Shown here one piece after another: positions 1 through 9,623 of a stretch of 32,000 nt of DNA. Position 1 is the first letter of the stretch, and each line of letters begins with the position of its first letter. The position numbers and the translations under genes were made by a program. A model generated the notes under the pieces. It was given only the letters and a program-made list of their open reading frames with translations, was not told where the DNA came from and did no database searches. The DNA comes from Candidatus Saccharimonadota bacterium. GTDB lineage: Bacteria; Pseudomonadota; Alphaproteobacteria; Rickettsiales; Anaplasmataceae. The stretch spans positions 420,001 through 452,000 of the forward strand of contig NZ_CP046580.1 of the NCBI RefSeq assembly GCF_013365495.1, given 5' to 3'.

Positions 1-812
1 ACTCCTTTTCGATTGAAGTCACCCTCAAGTCCATGGCCTATAGCTTCATGTAATAATATTCCCGGACAACCTGGGCCTAAAACGACTGTCATTTCACCAG
101 CTGGAGTGGGAATTGCTTCAAGATTTATTAGTGCTTGTTTTAGTGCCTGATTTGTAATTTTTTTCCACTTTTTTTCAGAGATAAATTTACTATATAAGTC
201 TCTTCCCCCGTGTCCTGCATACCCTCTTTCAGTACGACCATTTTTTTCTACGATAACCAATACGTTAAAACGTACTAGAGGTCTAATATCATTTAATCTG
301 TGATTATCCTTTATTATTTGTATAGCTTGCCATTCTCCACTAAGGGTTATTTTTACTTGCTTTACATAAGTATTTTTGGCTCTTATGTATTCGTTAACTT
401 CATTGAGTAGTTTTATTTTTGTGGCAAGATCCATCTCAGTTATTGGGTTAGTTTGTGGATATAGACTTTTTGTCTTCTCTTTTAAGCTTATTGAATTTAT
501 TTTATTTAAAGGTAACGAATTTTTTATTATAGAAGCTGCGTTGCTAATTTCTTTTTCACTAATTTCAGAAGAACAAATAAAAGATGCACTGCTTTCGCAA
601 AAAAGCCTTAAACTAAAGCCTCTTCTGATATTTGAATCCATATATTTTAGTATGTTATTATCAAAAGTTAAGGATTCTGATTGGCAAAACTCTAAAAATA
701 GCTCACCACCATCACTATTGTTTAAAGCATCATTAACTATTTTATATATATTATTAACATTAACATTACTTTGAGCAAAAAATATTTGATCTAGATTTAT
801 ATTATCTGACAT
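1..812 (-). CDS. tldD: Metalloprotease TldD, N-terminal ~270 codons (3' end runs off the left window edge)
   Basis: This ORF is not in the supplied track because it is truncated. The reverse complement from the ATG at 812-810 reads MSDNINLDQIFFAQSNV...GGELFLEFCQSESLTFDNN. At nt 60-1 it reads ILLHEAIGHGLEGDFNRKGV, which is the TldD/PmbA-family HExxxH zinc motif. The frame is open for all 270 codons. Confidence 0.9.
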   Translation of the reverse strand, partial: MSDNINLDQIFFAQSNVNVNNIYKIVNDALNNSDGGELFLEFCQSESLTFDNNILKYMDSNIRRGFSLRLFCESSASFICSSEISEKEISNAASIIKNSLPLNKINSISLKEKTKSLYPQTNPITEMDLATKIKLLNEVNEYIRAKNTYVKQVKITLSGEWQAIQIIKDNHRLNDIRPLVRFNVLVIVEKNGRTERGYAGHGGRDLYSKFISEKKWKKITNQALKQALINLEAIPTPAGEMTVVLGPGCPGILLHEAIGHGLEGDFNRKG

Positions 813-1775
813 AATCTTTAAAATTAAAAGTTATTCAAGTGTATTATTTAATTTTAATATAGTAAACTATAAAAGTTTAGTGGAAAAATTGGAAACGCTC
901 TAACTTCCTGGTGCTAAGTAACTTTTAAGCCATGAGTTCTAAATTTTCTTTTTGTCATTCTCAACTTTTATATTATTTCATTAATGAATTGATATTATGA
1001 TATGAAGTATATTTGTTTAGGTTTATAAATTTTAGAAAAAAATAGAGACTGTATAAAAAAACATGAACCTCGGTCCCAAGCATTTAGCCAGTGTATTATT
1101 AATACTTTCTTAACTTATATTTTCAAGTTTTATGCTATTATTTTTACTATTTTTTACTTTAAAGTAGTGTATGGGAAGATTGTTCAGAGACTATATAAGC
1201 AAAGCATGATTAGAGAAAAGTAAGAGGTTATTATCATTGTGTATTAATAATTAATTATTTAGCTTATATAATATTACCATTATATTAATAATTTGTCAAT
1301 ATAGTAGATTTTATGAATTCTTTTGAAGAAAGTTGTAAAGTTTAATTATATATAAGCTTTTTCAAGCAGAGTGTATTTTGCCTTTTTTTGATAGCGTAAA
1401 TTATATAGTGTCTGAATTTAATAAGATTAAAGAAGTTTGTAGATTGTAATCAGATATAGTAATTGAATATAGTGAAGGGCAGTTGGTGCTGAGAAACATT
1501 AAAGGAATAATTTAAGGATGAATGGTGCAGTGGTACTTATAAAATCTTTAATAATAAAATAGGAGGTAAAGTTAGTAATGAATAAGACAATAACTTTTAA
1601 TAAAAAAGAATTAATGTTTGTGCTTAAAATTAAGAATAGTTTATAATGAGGTAATAAAAGTTAGAAAACTTTAGTTATGTAATCTAATACTTTTATTAAT
1701 TACTATATTTTAAGTTTTTTATCCAGTAATCTGTATATGAAGGTATCATTTTATCTATAGGTAAAGTAAGTTAGA

Positions 1776-2483
1776 ATGAAGTCTATATTATTAACTAGAC
1801 CTTTATTAGATTCACTGAATACAAGAAATATGCTGAGAAAACATGGATATGAAGTATACATAGAGCCAGTGTTTACAATAAAATATTTACAGCCTGACAT
1901 ATCTACATATGAATTTGATGTAATAATATCTACAAGTAAAAATAGTGTAAAGGCATTTACTCAAATATGTAAGATGGATGATCTTCCGATAGTTGCAGTG
2001 GGTAATGCGACAATGCAAGCTGCAAAAGATTTAGGGTTTTCTGATGTTGTATCAGCAGATAGCAATGTTGGTGGGTTAATATCATTTATAAAAAATAATT
2101 ATTCAATGACAGTAAAATTTTTATATATAAGGGGACAGGAGATATCATATGATTTAAAAAAAAGGTTATCTGAAGAAGGTTTTTGTGTAAGAGAAGCTGT
2201 ACTCTATAAAACGATAGTTAAAAGAAATTTAACTAACAGGTGTAAAAATTTGTTATTGAGTAGTAAAATTAATAGTATTATTTTTTTTTCTTCGCAGACA
2301 GCAAGAATATTTTGTTCTTTAGTTCTAAAAAGTGGCCTGTCTCATACAATGAGTAGTGTAATTGCATATACTATGAGTAGGAATATTGCTGACAGTTTAA
2401 AGTCCGTTAAATGGAAGAAAGTTATAATATCGAAGTTTCCTACTAGAGAAAGTTTGATTAATATAATTAGTAAGGATCGCTAA
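1776..2483 (+). CDS. hemD: Uroporphyrinogen-III synthase (HemD)
   Basis: 235-aa ORF. It has the N-terminal ILLTRP motif and a two-lobe pattern (IISTSKNSV ... IIFFSSQTARIF) typical of the weakly conserved HemD family. Its stop overlaps the xth start (TAATG). Confidence 0.8.
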   Translation: MKSILLTRPLLDSLNTRNMLRKHGYEVYIEPVFTIKYLQPDISTYEFDVIISTSKNSVKAFTQICKMDDLPIVAVGNATMQAAKDLGFSDVVSADSNVGGLISFIKNNYSMTVKFLYIRGQEISYDLKKRLSEEGFCVREAVLYKTIVKRNLTNRCKNLLLSSKINSIIFFSSQTARIFCSLVLKSGLSHTMSSVIAYTMSRNIADSLKSVKWKKVIISKFPTRESLINIISKDR

Positions 2484-3262
2484 TGTTTAGAGTTGCAACT
2501 TGGAATGTAAATTCTATACGTAAGAGGATTAATCAAGTTTGTAATTTTATTGTTGATAGTCAAATAGATATAATTTTACTACAAGAAATAAAATGCACAG
2601 AACACCAGTTTCCTTATGAAAAAATAGAAAAACTTGGATATGAATACGCTGTTTATGGACAAGTTGCAAGAAATGGTGTTTGTGTTTTATCTAAATACTC
2701 AATACTAGAGAAATTTAGAGTTGATATTGTAGAAAGTTGCCGAGAAGCACGCTATATAGAATGTATAATAAAATTTTATAATCAAAAGATAAGAGTAGTG
2801 AGTGTATATGTTCCAAATGGTCAAAGCATTGGTTCTTGTGCTTTTGTATATAAGCTCAAGTTTTTTGATTATTTATATAAAAAAATCAGTAGTTTATTGG
2901 AGAATGAAGAGTTAACTGTTGTGGCTGGTGATTATAATGTTGCGTTAGATGAAATTGATATTTTTGATCCAGTCTTATTAGATGGCGAGGTATGTTTTCA
3001 TATAAGAGAACGCGAAAAATTGAGGGCAATCTTAAATCTTGGATTTAAAGATGCATTTAGAATATTTTATCCAGATTTACGGCAGTTTACTTGGTGGCAC
3101 TATAAAGGAAATGCATTTCGGAATAATCAAGGGATGCGAATAGATTATGTTCTATTATCGCCTCAAGCTGTTGATAGATTAGAAGCATGTTATATAGATG
3201 ATAGATTGCGCAGGTTGGAGAATCCATCTGATCATACGCCAGTTGTATGTCTTATAAGGTAA
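2483..3262 (+). CDS. xth: Exodeoxyribonuclease III (Xth/ExoA AP endonuclease)
   Basis: 259-aa ORF with ATWNVNSIR, LLQEIK, GDYNV, MRIDYVLLS and C-terminal SDHTPV. These are the canonical EEP/ExoIII catalytic motifs. Confidence 0.95.
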   Translation: MFRVATWNVNSIRKRINQVCNFIVDSQIDIILLQEIKCTEHQFPYEKIEKLGYEYAVYGQVARNGVCVLSKYSILEKFRVDIVESCREARYIECIIKFYNQKIRVVSVYVPNGQSIGSCAFVYKLKFFDYLYKKISSLLENEELTVVAGDYNVALDEIDIFDPVLLDGEVCFHIREREKLRAILNLGFKDAFRIFYPDLRQFTWWHYKGNAFRNNQGMRIDYVLLSPQAVDRLEACYIDDRLRRLENPSDHTPVVCLIR

Positions 3263-4978
3263 GTGGCTTTTTTTTAGAAAAGTACAACAGAATTACATGA
3301 TGATTATCAAGAGCTGAATAGCTTTTATACTTGATTTATATAGTCAAAAGAATAGTTAAAGTAAAAGATTTATGAGACTAATTTTATAAAAACAGATATT
3401 AAGCATGTTGAAAATTTGAAGTACGAAAAACAGCAATATAGCTATAAAGCTATATGTTGTCTAGTTTGAAAGTCAAAAAAAATTTGTAAGCTATTTTGTG
3501 GTCAGTTTTTATTAGATGTTTATATTGAAAAATTGAGTGTATTATAACTGTATCAAGATAGATAAAAGATAGTTATCTAATAATAACTTAACGATGGTTA
3601 CTCCATTTGAAAGGATAAGAGTACTCTAAAAAAATAGATAATAGCTTAAAATTATTGTAGAGAGCTTGAAAAGTACATTAACTACTAAACGCATTAAACT
3701 GCAAATCAAAATCATTTTGTATGTAATGATTTTGTTGTTTTCAAGAGTTAAATCTTCAAGAAAAAGGTCTTAGTAGCATAAGTGAGTGTTTTATTCAGAG
3801 GAGGTCTATTTCTAAAAATGAAAAATAGCTATCTTGTACTAAAATAAATGCTTTGCTAAAAGAAAAGAAGAATTTTTAGGTTTTAATTTTGAACAGTAAG
3901 CTCTTAATGGTATGAGGCTACAACTTTACCTATGGTAAAAAAAAATCATGTTGCTACGGTTATAAAACTCATTAGAAAAAAGATAACAGAAATGTTTAGT
4001 TTTTAAGATTGTTGCAAGATTTGAGTTAAAAATTCAAATATTTTTGGTAAGATGGTTAATTTTTTTAGTTATAAAGTTACCTTAAATTGGAGGGTATAAC
4101 TTCAACAAAGATAATTAAAAAAACATAGAAAGATAAGAAAAAAATATTGATTTAAAGAAGAGATAGTTAAAGAAGCTTGTAAAATATAAAAATTTATAAA
4201 GTGCTTGAAAGAAAAATGTTTTAACTTGCATATTATGTTATTTTGTACTTAATGCTGGAGATTAGTTGAGAAGATCGTTTTGTTAGTTAAAAAAATAGAG
4301 AACAAGAGTTTTTACTAAAGTCTTTAAAAATTTTGAAGTTTTTTATGTGTAGAGATGATATATACATTAAAATGTAAATGATAAAGTAGTTGAAAATATA
4401 GCAAAATGTGTTAAAAAGAACAAATAGTACTTAGTTTTCAACTTTACTGGAAGTAAGTACACTGTAAAATTGGGAATTATTTTAAAGGTATTTCTTGATA
4501 ATTTAATTTCTAAGAGTGAGATAGGAAGTTGATGAGTGGGTTACTAATACGGTATTTTACGATGAAAAAAAAGAGATAGAGTAGTAATTATTTTGCTGAT
4601 ACTTACTATCTTAGTTAAAAGATGTGATGATAACTTGATTTTAAGGGCAAGGTATTTTGATAGAATTGATATAACAAGTATGCAAAACTCTTAATAGTGA
4701 TATTGGAGAGGTAAAATTATGAAGTTAAGTGTTACTGATTGTAAAAAGTAAATAAACTTTCTTTTATAAAAAGGGTAATTTTTGAACGAATATCAAGATA
4801 TATGATAGGGTAAAGATGATTGGTAATTTATTATTAAGTATTTTAGTGTTATATATTAATGTATATATAAATTTAAATTGATCATATTTTATAAGTTTAA
4901 TGTTTTTTAAAGTTATAAGGAGTTGAAAAGCATAAATAATTTTCTTATCTCTTATAAAGGAATTATCTCTATAAATAT
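3263..4978. other. 1.7-kb ORF-free, C-depleted spacer between xth and pyrF
   Basis: The track has no ORF in any frame between 3263 and 4763. My hand count for 3301-4740 gives about 250 G against about 112 C. See findings. Confidence 0.85.
3707..3742 (+). terminator. Terminator-like hairpin: 10-bp perfect stem, 8-nt loop, T-rich tail
   Basis: CAAAATCATT (3707-3716) pairs perfectly with AATGATTTTG (3725-3734). The loop is TTGTATGT and the tail is TTGTTTTC. The stem is AT-rich with only 2 G:C pairs, and stems of this length are expected about once by chance in 32 kb of this composition. Confidence 0.25.
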
Positions 4979-5665
4979 ATGTTAATGAATCCAATAGTAT
5001 ACGCATTGGATACGCAAGATTTAAATAAAGCCATATCCTTAATTAAGGTTTTACGTAATAAAGTTGGTATGATAAAACTTGGGTTAGAATTTTTTGTTGC
5101 CCATGGCCTTTCTGGAGTAAGAAAAGTTGCAAAATACAATATACCAATTTTTTTGGATCTGAAATTGTATGATATTCCAAACACTATAACTAAAGCGATT
5201 GAAGCAATAAAAGTTTTAGATATTAAAATATTAACATTAAACATTAGTGGTGGAACAGAGATGTTAAAAAAGGCTTTAAATGTAGTAAAGGATACAAAAA
5301 TAGAACTGATTGGGGTTACAGTACTAACTAGTATGAGTAATAAAGATTTAAATGAGCTTGGAATAATAAAAGAGATAAAATCACAGGTAGTTTTATTGGC
5401 AAAGCTTGCAAAAAAAATCGGTTTACATGGAGTAGTTTGCTCTGCACTGGAAGCTCAGGAAGTGCGCAAAACTTGCGGTAAAAATTTTAAAATTATTACT
5501 CCTGGAATTCGTATAGATTCTAATTGTGATGATCAAAAAAGAACAGCAACACCAAAAGAAGCAATAAACTTAGGAGCTAATTATATTGTAGTTGGTAGGT
5601 CCATTACAAATAGTATAAACCCTATAAATAAAGTGGAATTAATATTAAAATCATTGACTTATTAA
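4979..5665 (+). CDS. pyrF: Orotidine 5'-phosphate decarboxylase
   Basis: 228-aa ORF with YALDT, KLGLEFF, IFLDLKLYDIPNT (the DxKxxDIxxT motif) and IVVGRSI. An alternative start at the ATG at 4985 (MNPIVYALD) is possible. Confidence 0.95.
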   Translation: MLMNPIVYALDTQDLNKAISLIKVLRNKVGMIKLGLEFFVAHGLSGVRKVAKYNIPIFLDLKLYDIPNTITKAIEAIKVLDIKILTLNISGGTEMLKKALNVVKDTKIELIGVTVLTSMSNKDLNELGIIKEIKSQVVLLAKLAKKIGLHGVVCSALEAQEVRKTCGKNFKIITPGIRIDSNCDDQKRTATPKEAINLGANYIVVGRSITNSINPINKVELILKSLTY

Positions 5666-6313
5666 AATTTTAATAATAAATTAACTTTATTGTAGAAGCA
5701 ATTTTGGTAAAATTGAAAAGGGAGATTGATCTTGCAATAGTTAAGGAAGGCAGCAGTGAGTGATATAAAAGTAATTTTGTGGCTGTAAAGAATGTTTAAA
5801 TTTAATAGAAACTATAATTTTAGCATTTAGAGATTAATATAAGTTTTATTAAACAAGTAATAAATATTTTTTATTAAATTCACATGAGAATAAAGCTACT
5901 TAAACATATAGAACTGTTAGTAAAATAATAGGTAATATCCTTGAATATTTTAAATATCATTTAATTGTAAAGCCCATAAACGAATAAGTAATTATCTTGA
6001 TATTAATAGAATAACTGCATTCAATTAAAAACTTTTATAAATATTATATCATAAGGTGTAGCTATGTTAGTATTAATTAAAGTAAAGAAGATACTAGATA
6101 ATAAAATGATGTTATAAATCTAAGTGTGATTTTTATTAAGAGATACGGGTAAAATATATCTAAAAATTTGATAGGTTTAATTTTTGTCATGTTTATAAAC
6201 GTGATGCAACTTTATATTGCACAAAGCTACTTAATGATACGAATTGATGAAGAAAAAGTTGAATTTGTAACCGCATTACAGCCAGTAGTGTTGATTATCA
6301 TACATTAACTAAG

Positions 6314-7696
6314 TTATTTATTATCTTTTTTTAGCTCATTGGCATATAAATGACGTGGTAAAAATTCAAGTTCTTTTAAGAAGTTTAATTCTTTATTTTT
6401 TATATGTACACCAAGCTTATTAAACTTTCGAGCAACAGGAAATACTCTTGCTTCTAGTGAACTAATAATTTTATTATAATGGTCGACGGTGTTTTTTAAG
6501 CTTTTTCGTAAATTATCAAAATTTTCGCCCATTGTACAAATACGTTCATATAAAATATGGCCTAATTCACTGATTTTTTTCGAATTTTCAGCTACTATTT
6601 CTTGTTTCCATCCATACGCTATTGCTCTTAGTAGAGCAATTAAAGTAATTGGTGTTGCAATGATTACTTTTTTTTCTATTCCAATCTCTATTAAAGCAGG
6701 CTCATATTCTAATGCTGCGCTAAAAACTCCTTCCCCTGTTAAAAAAAGTATCACAAGCTCTGGTGTATTTTTAAACTGATTCCAATACTCTTTTTTACTT
6801 AAGTTACTTATATGTCTTTTTATTGCTAAAGAATGGCTTTTTAATTTTTCTCTTTGTATCTGCAAATCATTTTGTGACATAGCATCAAGATAAGAATCAA
6901 GCGGCACTTTAGCATCTATTATTATTTGTTTTCCAGATGGCATCCTGACTATGATATCAGGGCGCAATAAATTATTTTCATTTTTATCAACCATTGATGA
7001 CTGGGTAAAAAAGTCACAGTATTCAACCATTCCTGCCATTTCTACTACCCTTTTTAGTTGTATTTCACCCCATTTTCCTTTAAAATGAGGCTTACTTAAT
7101 GCATTAGCAAGACTAGAAGTTTGATTTATTAACATCCCAACTTGTTCTTTCAAGCCTTTGTATGCTCCTATTCTTTCTTTTTCCAATTCGTGTATTTCAT
7201 CATCAAATCTTGCTAGTTTTTCTTTGATTGGAGTTATAATTTCATTAATTGTTGCTTGTCCTTTTTTGAAATTACCTTCTGTTTCTTTCAATTTACTATT
7301 AATTACTTCTTTAGCTAAGTTTAGAAAATTACTACTATTTGTTTGTAAAGCATCAAGAGATAGTGCTTTAAAAGTGTTTGTAAGTCTTTCTTCTGCTTTC
7401 ATTAATAATTCTATTTCTCTTTTTTTTTCCTCACGTTCTTTTCGTAAGGTAGTTTCGAGTTCTACATTACTTACTTTTAAATTTATTATTTCCTCATTTT
7501 TATTTAATAAAGTTTGTTTTATCTCTTGAAGTTCATATTTTAATTTACACAAATTGTTTTCAAGATTTGCTGTATTTATTTTTTCTTTTTCTAGTTCTCT
7601 ATTCTTTTTTATACTTATATAATAAAATATTAATAAAAAGAAAAAAATTAATCCGAGAAATATAGAAATAGAAAACATCAGAATATAAAAGAGCAT
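6314..7696 (-). CDS. rmuC: DNA recombination protein RmuC
   Basis: 460-aa ORF with an N-terminal TM helix, a long K/E-rich coiled coil, and then the RmuC nuclease-like core (RPDIIVRMPSGKQIIIDAKVPLDSY...ELVILFL). Confidence 0.9.
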   Translation of the reverse strand: MLFYILMFSISIFLGLIFFFLLIFYYISIKKNRELEKEKINTANLENNLCKLKYELQEIKQTLLNKNEEIINLKVSNVELETTLRKEREEKKREIELLMKAEERLTNTFKALSLDALQTNSSNFLNLAKEVINSKLKETEGNFKKGQATINEIITPIKEKLARFDDEIHELEKERIGAYKGLKEQVGMLINQTSSLANALSKPHFKGKWGEIQLKRVVEMAGMVEYCDFFTQSSMVDKNENNLLRPDIIVRMPSGKQIIIDAKVPLDSYLDAMSQNDLQIQREKLKSHSLAIKRHISNLSKKEYWNQFKNTPELVILFLTGEGVFSAALEYEPALIEIGIEKKVIIATPITLIALLRAIAYGWKQEIVAENSKKISELGHILYERICTMGENFDNLRKSLKNTVDHYNKIISSLEARVFPVARKFNKLGVHIKNKELNFLKELEFLPRHLYANELKKDNK

Positions 7697-8050
7697 TAAC
7701 TATAATGCTATATAATTTTGTATGTAAGGAAAAGAACAAAATATTTAAGAGATATTTTTTATATATGTAAGAATTTTGTCAGTTATGAGTTAAGATTAAC
7801 TAGATTTATTACCTTGCTATTCATTTTTCAATTCAGTGATTTATAAGCTTAGTAACAAAATACTAAGTTATACTGAGTTTTATGATGTTACATCTTAAGT
7901 AAGAATACTAAACGTTGTTTTGGAAATTCTTTTGTAGCACTGGTTTGGTATAAATATAGAAGAAGAACGACTAAATCTTAATACTATTTCTATATATGTT
8001 TATTTAGTTGCACACTGAGTAATATAAAGTCTATAGTTTACATTTAAATT

Positions 8051-8080
8051 TTATGTAATATTATTATTAATATTACATAA
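8051..8080. repeat. 30-bp near-perfect palindrome (13-bp arms, 4-nt centre) just upstream of dcd
   Basis: The sequence is TTATGTAATATTA-TTAT-TAATATTACATAA. I checked it base by base: 14 of 15 symmetric pairs match. It ends 14 nt before the dcd ATG at 8094. Confidence 0.9.
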
Positions 8081-8093
8081 CTTAAAGAATATC

Positions 8094-8651
8094 ATGACAG
8101 TTATGCCTGATACGTGGATAAAAGAAAAAGCTGAAAACTTTGCAATGATACAACCTTTTATAGATCATAAAAGTAGTAAAGGTGTTATATCTTTTGGACT
8201 ATCATCTTATGGATATGATGCGAGAGTAGATAATAAATTTAAAATTTTTACTAACGTTAATTCAGTTGTTGTAGATCCTAAGAATTTTTCTAAAAATAGT
8301 TTTATAGATAAGGAAACAGATGTATGCATAGTTCCACCAAATAGTTTTGTGCTTGCAAGCACAGTTGAATATTTTCGTATACCAAGAAATGTACTAGTTA
8401 TTTGTGTTGGTAAATCTACTTATGCTAGATGTGGTATCATGGTAAATGTTACTCCTTTAGAACCGGGATGGGAAGGTTATGTGACATTAGAGTTTTCTAA
8501 TACTACTCCACTTCCTGCAAAGATTTATGCTAATGAAGGTGCATGTCAATTTATATTTTTAAATAGTAAAAGTGAGTGTAAAAAATCATATGATGATATG
8601 AAAGGAAAATATATGAAACAGTGTGGTATTACTTTACCACTAATAAAATAA
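8094..8651 (+). CDS. dcd: dCTP deaminase
   Basis: 185-aa ORF with [16 protein letters not shown] and [24 protein letters not shown], the hallmarks of the Dcd/dUTPase-fold family. Confidence 0.95.
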   Translation: MTVMPDTWIKEKAENFAMIQPFIDHKSSKGVISFGLSSYGYDARVDNKFKIFTNVNSVVVDPKNFSKNSFIDKETDVCIVPPNSFVLASTVEYFRIPRNVLVICVGKSTYARCGIMVNVTPLEPGWEGYVTLEFSNTTPLPAKIYANEGACQFIFLNSKSECKKSYDDMKGKYMKQCGITLPLIK

Positions 8652-9623
8652 ATTGCTACATTCATTATAAAATATACTATTTTATTGTTATTAAATTATT
8701 AGATTTTGTGCTACTTATTACAATTAAATTTTAATAAAGCTAGCTATTTCAAGAGCAACATTAAATGTATAACTTAAATTAAGTCTTTTGTGATTTTTTT
8801 CTTTATTTTTATTTTTATCTTTATATATTTTAAAGTAATACTAAGTTCCGAGTAAGAATAACTTCTTTAAATTGTGCAATTACTTGATTCCTATTCATAA
8901 AATTCTTTTTTTTAATCAATTTATTATTGAATATTCTAATACTATTTATCAACTAAAAAGCTGTTTTAGTACTCTTACTAATTCTTAATTGTTCACCTAA
9001 CATTTCTGAAAATGCATCATTTGTTACTATATTCAAGATGTAAATCTTACTTATTTTTTATGTCTGATATTTAAGAATCATAAAATAAAAGTTTTTTTAG
9101 ATCATATTCATTAATTATTCCTATTTAAATAGGATATCTAGTTTACTAAACATCAAGAAATAATATGTAATTCACTATAATATTAGGATACAATGTCAAA
9201 TTATGGTTTGATTGTCTTGTTTTAAGATATTTTATAATATACTTTAGAGTGTATAAGCATTGATCATTTTTTTTAAGACTTTGAGTTTTAGCTTCTTACA
9301 TTTCAATAATTATCTGTTGTTATTTTATCTTTGAATTTAAAGAATATTAACTATGTTTTTCTTTATGAGAAGTCTCTTGTAAAATTTTGGATGTATTTTC
9401 AATGCTATATTCTTATCTAATTTTATCAAAGAGGAGCAAAGTTTTTAAAATATGAATTAATAAAAAAATCATTATTTTTTTCAGCGTTATATTTAGGATG
9501 TATTAGGAACATCATATCTCTAATAATAAACACCAAAACCAAAAGCCCCTTCTTTCTTGATATCGAATAAAAAATACTTAATAGATTTTGCTTTCACTGC
9601 AAACCATATATTTTCTCTTTTTC
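8652..9623. other. ~1-kb ORF-free, T-rich spacer between dcd and the ABC exporter gene
   Basis: The track has no ORF here. Hand counts for 8701-9540 give about 83 G against 93 C, and T clearly exceeds A in the lines I sampled. This is the opposite purine bias to the 3.3-4.7 kb spacer. Confidence 0.8.

Noticed and set aside
376-774. 132-aa + strand ORF
   Set aside because: It lies entirely antisense to the well-supported tldD CDS. It is a low-complexity L/F/S/I-rich translation typical of a shadow ORF.
914-958. Minus-strand mini-ORF MTKRKFRTHGLKVT* faintly resembling ribosomal protein L34 (R-x-HGF-R)
   Set aside because: It is only 14 codons, the similarity is limited to basic residues plus HG, the context is wrong (no rnpA), and basic peptides are expected from A-rich DNA.
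1524-1535. GGTGCAGTGGTA resembling a tRNA D-arm
   Set aside because: No anticodon stem, T-arm or acceptor pairing follows. It is an isolated resemblance inside a G-rich patch.
4764-5244. Two minus-strand ORFs (80 aa and 91 aa)
   Set aside because: One is low-complexity I/L/K/F sequence in the spacer. The other is antisense to the pyrF 5' region. Neither has motifs.
5743-5756. AAGGAAGGCAGCAG resembling the SRP (4.5S) RNA domain IV motif GGAAGCAGCC
   Set aside because: The CC needed to close a GGAA tetraloop is missing 5' of it (AA instead). The AAGCAG loop has an extra or shifted base, and no complementary 5' strand is present.
6489-7529. Plus-strand ORFs of 96 aa and 123 aa
   Set aside because: They are antisense shadows of rmuC, and their S/F/L-rich composition mirrors the K/E-rich coiled coil on the other strand.
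8795-8830. Apparent tandem repeat (TTTATTTTTATTTTTATCTTTAT) and a general search for tandem repeats
   Set aside because: This is only low-complexity T-rich sequence. I saw no tandem repeat with a unit of 10 nt or more and 2 or more clean copies anywhere in the window. A proper check needs Tandem Repeats Finder.
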